Sequence record: MK308675.1
Length of the DNA: 64,000 bases
Strand: one strand, 5' to 3'
Shown in pieces: positions 58,201 through 64,000 of the stretch. The first letter of the stretch is position 1; each line of letters begins with the position of its first letter. The translations under genes were made by a program, and so were the position numbers. The notes below the pieces were generated by a model. It was not told the DNA's origin, made no database searches, and saw only the letters and a list, made by a program, of their open reading frames with translations.

Positions 58201-59551
58201 AGCTCTTTCTTTAACCGCGGCGATTCTAAACGACTTCGACAACACGAAGAACTATGCTGCCAACGAGGTCATCACTCGCGGAGGTGCTACCTACCGTGTT
58301 AAGACTCCTGGCATTAAAGCTAGCTTCGTAGAAAGCGATTGGGACCGCATCGATGAGCGTCCTACGTTCCGTGGCGAATGGGCTCAGGCTAATGCTTATA
58401 AAGCAGCTGACTTCGTAGTTCGCGACAGTATCCTTTACACTGCCAACGATGATGTTCCGGCAACAACTGCATTCTCAGTCGGCACTACCGGCGCTACATG
58501 GAAACGTCAGTCGCCAGAGAACATTGCAGTTGAGCACGTAGGTGCTGAGATTACGGTAACTGAGGGACAACCTGTTCTTCATCGCCGTGTTCTTTACTTC
58601 GCAACACAGACGGTAACCATTCCTGATGCGTTCGATGAAACCGGACTTAAGAAGATTGGTCGCTTCGGCATGACCGAGCAAACCTTCGAAGCCGATACTT
58701 GGTTCCCTGCTGGTTGGTTAATGCGTCAAGACGATAAAGTCTACAAAGCGAAAACGGACTTTACCACTGCGACGGCCTTTGATGTTGCTGACTGGGATTT
58801 AGTTTCTCATGACTACGCGTTCATTGTAGAGTTCAGCACAGCTGACACTTACTACAAAGACCAAATCGTTATCAACTCTAAACTACTTTACCGTGCTAAT
58901 ACAGACGTTACTGTAGCGGGTGCTTGGGACTCTGCCCAATGGGACCAATTGGCTCCAGCTGAAGCAGCTCGTATCGAGACTCATGACGAGACTAACGAAT
59001 ACCTACTTGACGACATTGTCTTCAAAGACGGTATGTTGTGGCGTGCTAACTCTGCCATCGCAGCGAACACTCCGTTCGTTAAGGGCACGAGTGCCAACGA
59101 ATGGCGTGCAGCCATTGAACTTAAGATTAAAGCGTTTGCTGAAGGTGAGAACATTCTTACCGGAGAGTACCGCTTAATCGAAGGTCACTTAGCCGTAGCA
59201 AAAGAAGACATTGCATCTACTGCTGCGTACGCTACGGAAACTGAGAAGTGGAGTATTCTGTCTCACGACATCTCCAAACTTAAGATGGTTTACCCAGTCC
59301 GCGAATACTTACCGGCCGAGACAAACATCAACTATGATGGTTCAATCGACGGTTCAGTATCCGACACTTGGGTAGTCACGGGTAGCTTACCGACTACAGA
59401 ACTTTCAGTGTTACTATGGTTAGGTTACGAGTTCCACTTAGGTGGCCTAGACGTAACTGACAAAGTAGTACAGAAGGGTTCGTCAGCACCGTATGGTTTC
59501 GGCATTAGCGGTGTCTGGATTGAGTCAGGCGACGTCCTAGAGGTACGATAA
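55217..59551 (+). CDS. 1444-aa protein with about 26 tandem CBM5/12-like carbohydrate-binding modules
   Basis: Repeat consensus W/Y/F-x5-Y-x4-V-x2-NG-x-LY-x-A...W; repeat 7 AWQANTDYKAGQL..LYRA closely matches Bacillus ChiA1 chitin-binding domain AWQVNTAYTAGQLVTYNGKTYKC. Confidence 0.8.
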   Translation: MSSKLIFTMQYFRGEKKREYLADPETGLIPGTGETGGGLEEYDRAKAWDKDDVVIRDGAIFQANEDIPAGSSFIEGLTGPTWLKLGAEAVATLPDYAVGIRYLKDQAIARGRVIYRAKNDFTSAAWNPAQWETVFSEDAVRDKVADFSTAQSYVTHELVAYNGDIYAANEDMAAGAFDASKWQNLTTPNVTYVDDYAPGTVYTKDAVVMRNGQLFRATQQTATAWDEGDWQAVSSVSTVRGYWDLNATYKANEIVIANDRFYRANGDIGSGTTFTVGTGTEEWTEVSGPVTPPITADDFKASTLYAKNQVIVVNGILYRAKAEFTSLSAFSIADWDPVSYDPETAVDAWQANTDYKAGQLATLVVNGRNTLYRARADITGGASFVAAEWDDLTQTSTWRAEWDISNIYAKDDVVWRAGHLYIANDAVPINTAWVEGITGATWARLLAEPVSKISVWAATTSYQKDELLAYDGNIYRVEAPFVSGAAFTSGGLELLTAGKYTKIPAFRGSNAYVQDETIAEGGILYRAKADFTSATNFNEADWEVIADIATNILYDFSITEDYVENEIVFHLDSIWRAKGDLAPGAWDESDWEFVSEYSTFKGQHVQARDYKQDDVVIHNNRLYRANSNIAGGTAFLAGSGGNQWTEVSPPGNPSAPDWASSTAYVQHNLVIHGGVLYRCKTDHTSGSSFLASQWETLKAEAATLASTYQNGQEYVLDQLIEYNGILYRCIEAMLSSPVTFEPDKWQGVSVSYIRISAHSASAVYREGELIWHVNRLYRAKAGINPGRAFSLNDWAISEDTNYVSEYAENEDYRLGQLIRSGVDLYIANEAITGAPAVLDETKWNRVGYRPTVQGAHDDTLAYKQGDIVLKEGTWYEANADIAANVALSEGTTGATWKRVTDSMTIKAHAADAIFFPGQLCLHEERVYTAKEFLTVDSSNTFQSIKWEKLGSFVTLAEDYQDNIEYKKDQIIFHLSVLYRRIATGTDTTWTAANWQALSLTAAILNDFDNTKNYAANEVITRGGATYRVKTPGIKASFVESDWDRIDERPTFRGEWAQANAYKAADFVVRDSILYTANDDVPATTAFSVGTTGATWKRQSPENIAVEHVGAEITVTEGQPVLHRRVLYFATQTVTIPDAFDETGLKKIGRFGMTEQTFEADTWFPAGWLMRQDDKVYKAKTDFTTATAFDVADWDLVSHDYAFIVEFSTADTYYKDQIVINSKLLYRANTDVTVAGAWDSAQWDQLAPAEAARIETHDETNEYLLDDIVFKDGMLWRANSAIAANTPFVKGTSANEWRAAIELKIKAFAEGENILTGEYRLIEGHLAVAKEDIASTAAYATETEKWSILSHDISKLKMVYPVREYLPAETNINYDGSIDGSVSDTWVVTGSLPTTELSVLLWLGYEFHLGGLDVTDKVVQKGSSAPYGFGISGVWIESGDVLEVR

Positions 59552-59555
59552 AGTC

Positions 59556-59583
59556 ATAGAGGAGGGCTTCGGCCCTCCTCTAT
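59556..59583 (+). terminator. intrinsic terminator
   Basis: ATAGAGGAGGGC-TTCG-GCCCTCCTCTAT. Confidence 0.8.
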
Positions 59584-59661
59584 TCTTCTCTTTCGTCAAA
59601 TCCTCTGAGAAGGCCCGTTTTCCCTAATCCTAGGCTAACTCAACGTCAGAGGTAAACAGGT

Positions 59662-60075
59662 ATGTTTTCTACGACTATATATAACAATATCTTTAAAGTC
59701 GACATCCAGGGGCAAGACATGGCCGAGACATACTCTCGCTCAGGTCAAGACGATGTCGGTCTCGAATGGTTAGGAAGACTTTCACTTCGCTTAGCGCATT
59801 ACGTGGCATATCTGCGCGTCGTGCAATCTGCTGAAGATGCTTGTCTTTTCGTTAATGAACAGGTGGACTTACTCTTAACAGAGCTTTCATCCTCAAATGT
59901 GTTCCCCGACCGTGACTCCGATGTGATTACGGTAGAAACAATGCAAGCTTTGAGATTTCTAATGGAAGAAGTTCCCACTGCACAAGACCACTTCATTAAT
60001 CAAATCGCTCAAGAGATTGAAAGCGGCCAAGTCAGCAAGGAAGCTGAGTTCTTGCGCCCTCTCGGTTCTTTTTAA
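59662..60075 (+). CDS. hypothetical protein
   Basis: 137-aa ORF (alternative start ATG about 59719) followed by a terminator. Confidence 0.55.
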   Translation: MFSTTIYNNIFKVDIQGQDMAETYSRSGQDDVGLEWLGRLSLRLAHYVAYLRVVQSAEDACLFVNEQVDLLLTELSSSNVFPDRDSDVITVETMQALRFLMEEVPTAQDHFINQIAQEIESGQVSKEAEFLRPLGSF

Positions 60076-60103
60076 GATTGAGATAAAACAATAATAAAAT
60101 AAA

Positions 60104-60127
60104 GCAGGAAGGTTTCGGCCTTCCTGC
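60104..60127 (+). terminator. intrinsic terminator
   Basis: GCAGGAAGG-TTTCGG-CCTTCCTGC. Confidence 0.7.
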
Positions 60128-60166
60128 ATTTATACTATTTTTCATCAAAAAAAAAATAAGTCATGT

Positions 60167-60200
60167 CTCTTCCCTAAGCCCATTAAGGCTTAGGGAAGAG
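60167..60200 (-). terminator. intrinsic terminator
   Basis: CTCTTCCCTAAGCC/GGCTTAGGGAAGAG 14-bp stem with a T-run downstream on the minus strand. Confidence 0.7.
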
Positions 60201-60742
60201 TTAGACTCTTAAAGTTAAAATCCATGTGGCGTCTACGCCATTAAAAGTTTGGTTAGTTTAGGGTTGTGCTTTTGAAGGTGGTGTCACGAATGTTTATAGC
60301 CTTTAGACACACGATATTATCCCGTGGCTTTTGCCCGTGTGGCGGACTTGTTTTTGTCTGCACTGGCATGGCGAGTGCAGCGAGACATGCAGTTGACCTT
60401 TGAGAGGTTTGTGTTTGCATGCATATAGACAATATGGGTCTTACTTTTCCTTCAAACCCAAATCCTCGGAACGCTGGTGTTATCTTGTCGATATCCTTGG
60501 ACTCGATGAACAGGCGTGGCGAAGTACTACTCACGTTTTGTTTCCTCCTTATATTAAGTCCCCTACCTTCAACGCTAAAGGAACGAGAGGGACAGTAAAT
60601 GTTTCCAGAGACAATGACAATAAATCCGTTATCCGTCAAGCGTACGTGCAGCTCTGAGAAACCTAGCCGGTTATTACTTTTCTAATTTTTAAACAAATAG
60701 GCGGTGTGGTTCGCCATAGAATTAAACAAAATAAAAACATAC

Positions 60743-60768
60743 AGGACGGTACCCGAAGGCACCGTCCT
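60743..60768 (-). terminator. intrinsic terminator
   Basis: AGGACGGT-GCC-TTCG-GGT-ACCGTCCT after the stop at 60788. Confidence 0.7.
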
Positions 60769-60787
60769 ATCTAGGTAAAACTAAGAC

Positions 60788-61735
60788 TTAGTATTCCGCT
60801 GGAGCGGTCCAGAATTTAGTGAAGTCGTAAAGAATATCTTCCGGAGCTTCTTCTTCTGCACCTTCAGTTTGGTCAGCGATACCAACACGTACAAGCTTAA
60901 GTACGCGACCTTCATCGTCGTACTCGTTGCGACCAGTACAGCTAACTGTACCTTGGGTGCATTGCTCTAGCATGTTGCCTTTGTCATCCCACTTGAATGT
61001 GATAACGGTGTCGCCTACTGGTGGCGGAGCGTAGTAAGTAGCCGTTTCCATCAGACCAGTATCTTCGTTATGGGCGAAGGTAGCGTGATGACGGAACATA
61101 TCGCGGTCTAGTTTAGCGGGTAGTTTGCCTTTACTAGTCGCATCGAATTCACCTACGTGATGTTCTACTGGCCAGTCTTTACCGTTGTAGATATGACGGT
61201 CAACAGAAATCTTACCGGTCTCTTGGAAAGAACGACCGTCTTCGCCATGAACAAGAATAGGTTGATGTTCTTCTTTAACGCGACCTTGCTTGTCGTAGAT
61301 TACGTTATAGATGACCATGTGCACTTTCTTAGTAGCACGGTCTACAACTGCCTGTTCAATAGTCAGGCCGCTGTCTGCACGATAACGTGTACGAGTTAGA
61401 CTACCGTCGGCATAGTGCGACCAACCGATGATTTCATCTTTCTCTGCATCGATTTCAAATGTTTCACGATGTGTAGGATAGATGACCATCATTGGAACGC
61501 CATCTTCTAACCACGTTGTTTGCGTAATGATTCCGCGAATATGGTCAGACCAAATGCCTTCGATAGAAAGGAAGCGACCTACCGTAGTAGGGATGATGTT
61601 ATTACGCTTAAGTACTTCTACCTGAGCCGGGTCCATACCTAACAAGATTAATGCTCGCGCATCGATTGGTGCATTAAGAACTTGCTTTTGTGCTTCGGTT
61701 GGATTTTCAGGAAGAGTGATTTGTGGCTTATCCAT
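60788..61735 (-). CDS. hypothetical protein with YD/RHS-like beta-hairpin motifs
   Basis: YDKQGRV, YNGKDWP, WDDKGNM, YDDEGRV. Confidence 0.6.
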   Translation of the reverse strand: MDKPQITLPENPTEAQKQVLNAPIDARALILLGMDPAQVEVLKRNNIIPTTVGRFLSIEGIWSDHIRGIITQTTWLEDGVPMMVIYPTHRETFEIDAEKDEIIGWSHYADGSLTRTRYRADSGLTIEQAVVDRATKKVHMVIYNVIYDKQGRVKEEHQPILVHGEDGRSFQETGKISVDRHIYNGKDWPVEHHVGEFDATSKGKLPAKLDRDMFRHHATFAHNEDTGLMETATYYAPPPVGDTVITFKWDDKGNMLEQCTQGTVSCTGRNEYDDEGRVLKLVRVGIADQTEGAEEEAPEDILYDFTKFWTAPAEY

Positions 61736-61769
61736 TTTGGGTTCCTTCTATAGTAACAAAGAATTAGGG

Positions 61770-62351
61770 TTAGGCGTTTTTATTGACTTCGCAGATAGCT
61801 TCTTCAACTTGCAAGTCTAAAGCATCATAGTTATCACGGAAATGAAACGCACGGATGTGTGGATTGGGATGGTTGTTGACTTGGTCGCAGTTACGGATGA
61901 AGTCGTCTAATAACCAAACCTCATCCCACTGATGGGACTGCTGAAGTTGATTCATGACAGCAGCCTTCTCTCCACTGCCTTGAACGATATGGAAATGTTC
62001 CAGCGTATGGGCACTATTAGGAAGGTTACGAATAATCCACTGCTGTTTAGTCGACTTGGCTAACGTAGGGTTCGGATATAGGCCGAAAGCCGTTAACCAA
62101 CCTAAAGTAAAGAAACCTTGCGCTTCTAGAGAAAGCTGACTTTCCCATAGCTCTTTAAAGCCGGGTAAGATTTCTAGATGTTTAAAAGCGCTTGGGTTTT
62201 CAGCATAGTAATGCTGCATGATTTCTTGACGCTCTTCAGGAGACTTGTCGTTGAATTCTCGGATGTTCTCGTAGCCGTAACGTTCGCAGACGGGACCTCG
62301 CCAGTTACAAGCGAATTCGTCCATGTCATTAAGTAGTAGAATCTTTTTCAT
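61770..62351 (-). CDS. HAD-family phosphatase / 5'(3')-deoxyribonucleotidase-like
   Basis: LNDMDE motif I and LLDDFIRN motif IV. Confidence 0.7.
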   Translation of the reverse strand: MKKILLLNDMDEFACNWRGPVCERYGYENIREFNDKSPEERQEIMQHYYAENPSAFKHLEILPGFKELWESQLSLEAQGFFTLGWLTAFGLYPNPTLAKSTKQQWIIRNLPNSAHTLEHFHIVQGSGEKAAVMNQLQQSHQWDEVWLLDDFIRNCDQVNNHPNPHIRAFHFRDNYDALDLQVEEAICEVNKNA

Positions 62352-63034
62352 TACATCGTCTCTATTTTGATTTTGTAACCGATGGAGTTCAATAACTTCT
62401 GCATGTCGTCAAAAGTAATCTTACCGCCGGTTGCTGCCGTAGACACAGCCGCTGCTGTTAGTCCACTTTTAAAGGATAGGTCTTCTTCAGTTAAGTTCCG
62501 TTCATCCATGTAATCTTTTAAATGAATCGAAAGCTCGTCTGACGAAGACTTGTATGTCTTAGGTAGTTGAATATCTAGGTAGTAGCCATAATATGCCATG
62601 TATTGCATTGCAGATACAAAGGCCTTAGTTGGACCATAACCTAGAAGATGATGGAACGTATTCTCAGAGATACCATAAGCAGGGACATCCCGATACGTTA
62701 GCTCTGAAGTCTTGGAAAGCTCTCGGATAACAGAAGGCGTTAACCAATCGCAGTTCCAACTAAGTTCCGCACCTAAGTGATTGAGTAGCCCGTCAGGAAT
62801 TACCCAACATGTCATCTTAAGTCCTAAGGTACTAAAGAAGCGAAGCATTCGAGGCACTTGCTTATCGAAGCTTTTATTCTTCTCAAACTTATAGACCGCA
62901 CCTTCTGTGTGGCCCATAAGTTTACTAAGGCGTGTAGCAGCAATTCCTCGCTCCAACCGCCTTTCCTTTAGACGTTCTGACGTCAGGTAGTTCCAAGGGA
63001 CCTTTTCTTCCAGTAGGACGCCTTGGAGTTTCAT
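62351..63034 (-). CDS. multi-HTH (XRE-like) DNA-binding protein
   Basis: Start moved to ATG 63034; LKERRLERGIAATRLSKLMGHTEGAVYKFEK and LKDYMDERNLTEEDLSFKSGLTAAAVS, plus a degenerate middle copy. Confidence 0.65.
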   Translation of the reverse strand: MKLQGVLLEEKVPWNYLTSERLKERRLERGIAATRLSKLMGHTEGAVYKFEKNKSFDKQVPRMLRFFSTLGLKMTCWVIPDGLLNHLGAELSWNCDWLTPSVIRELSKTSELTYRDVPAYGISENTFHHLLGYGPTKAFVSAMQYMAYYGYYLDIQLPKTYKSSSDELSIHLKDYMDERNLTEEDLSFKSGLTAAAVSTAATGGKITFDDMQKLLNSIGYKIKIETM

Positions 63035-63036
63035 AC

Positions 63037-63474
63037 CTATAGCTCCACGTCGCACTCAGGAGCAAGAGAGCGCATGTTAGAGGCGTTCTCTACTAAGTGT
63101 AGTACGTTCTCCTCAGTAACAGCGAACTTAAGGTTCACGTCCTTTTGGAGAGGCTTATAGAAGCAAGGAACGACTACGTTCACGATGCCGCCATACGGTA
63201 CAGTGATTTCGTCGGTGCCGAGCTCACTATAAATCTGCGTACGCAGTAACGTCTCGCCAAACAACTGGTCAGACGCAATAATGTCCGAGTTAGGCAAGTA
63301 GATAACTAACGGCCAAAACAGGTAGTTTTTATCTTGCGAGTCTAACCAAGCTGCCATAGGCTGATTGCTTTCACTCTTATACTCAACGGTCTCCGTCAGT
63401 ACTTTCATGAAGGCATTCATTTTGTGGGACTTAACGTGCACCACTAACGTTTCAAACGGATTAGATAAAGCCAC
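63037..63474 (-). CDS. hypothetical protein
   Basis: Start moved to GTG 63474 (AAGGAGG SD) to remove overlap with the upstream gene. Confidence 0.6.
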   Translation of the reverse strand: MALSNPFETLVVHVKSHKMNAFMKVLTETVEYKSESNQPMAAWLDSQDKNYLFWPLVIYLPNSDIIASDQLFGETLLRTQIYSELGTDEITVPYGGIVNVVVPCFYKPLQKDVNLKFAVTEENVLHLVENASNMRSLAPECDVEL

Positions 63475-63484
63475 AGAGGCCTCC

Positions 63485-63979
63485 TTATTTCTTCTTGCGG
63501 TTTGCTTTACGTCCTTGCTTGCTTTTAGCGCGGGACTTCTTAATTGCTGCACGAGAGCGCTTATGTGGGTTTACTTCCAAACCCATTGCGTCGTTCTGTG
63601 CTTTCTTCTCATCTTCCCATGGTTTAGGGGCAACATGTGAATAGGTCCACTGAGGACGACTAAAGAGAGGGTCACGGAAGAAGTTCTCGTCTCCCGTAGG
63701 GCAGATAGCCCATGGGCCAACATCTACGTCTGGTAGTAAATCGTCAACCATGGATTTGCAGCCAGGAGTCAGCGCCACGGTCGGATTAGCCATCATAGAA
63801 GCAGTAGCCAAAGCCATCGCCGTCTTCATGCTCATTCCGCCAGAGTTAACGCGTCCTCCGCGAGGAATGAAACCTACCGCGGTTGAACCGATTTCTCCTA
63901 CTAGGGCTTGGGCTACTTCTGGAAGAATGCCTTTCTCCGTAAGAACGCCAACTCGACTACTAAACTCAGCAGCTTTCAT
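63485..63979 (-). CDS. hypothetical protein with basic C-terminal tail
   Basis: 164 aa ending HKRSRAAIKKSRAKSKQGRKANRKKK. Confidence 0.55.
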   Translation of the reverse strand: MKAAEFSSRVGVLTEKGILPEVAQALVGEIGSTAVGFIPRGGRVNSGGMSMKTAMALATASMMANPTVALTPGCKSMVDDLLPDVDVGPWAICPTGDENFFRDPLFSRPQWTYSHVAPKPWEDEKKAQNDAMGLEVNPHKRSRAAIKKSRAKSKQGRKANRKKK

Positions 63980-64000
63980 TTCACTTACGGTTCTTGCTGC

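Noticed and set aside
43126-59551. Diversity-generating retroelement or nucleotide-level repeat array acting on the fibres
   Set aside because: Repeats are visible only at protein level and are highly diverged; no reverse transcriptase or template/variable repeat pair seen by eye (a self-BLASTn would settle it)
36170-59680. TATATA(A) as a promoter consensus (36170s, 39466, 59668, 3777)
   Set aside because: Too few, low-complexity occurrences in AT-rich gaps with no fixed spacing to starts; needs TSS data
1-64000. CRISPR array, tRNA genes, integrase, inteins
   Set aside because: No regularly spaced direct repeats, no cloverleaf with T-loop/CCA in intergenic gaps, no recombinase motifs, no C...HN intein ends in RNAP, UvsX or SbcC

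Overview
A 64 kb segment of a phiKZ-like jumbo myovirus (Chimalliviridae-type gene content and order). Homologies below are recognised from motifs and synteny, not from database searches. From left to right the window holds: a prohead protease (phiKZ gp175-like) and neighbouring virion genes; the virion RNA polymerase beta and beta' subunit genes, each interrupted by a group I intron with its own, unrelated homing endonuclease (splice junctions readable from the sequence: intron 6357-7847 in beta, intron 9424-10853 splitting the catalytic AD|FDGD motif of beta'); a gp181-like tail-tip/tape-measure protein carrying an M23 peptidase; a separate beta C-terminal fragment, UvsX, SbcC, RNase H, inner-head proteins, a baseplate spike and a two-component spanin pair; then a 20 kb tail/adhesion region. 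The most unusual content is in that region: two paralogous LamG-SPRY fibre proteins with 14 and 7 EAR/EPTP-like beta-propeller repeats inserted at the same scaffold position, and a 1444-aa protein made of about 26 tandem CBM12 (chitin-binding-domain)-like modules. No tRNA, CRISPR array, reverse transcriptase or integrase was seen. A marine gammaproteobacterial host such as Vibrio is an inference only.
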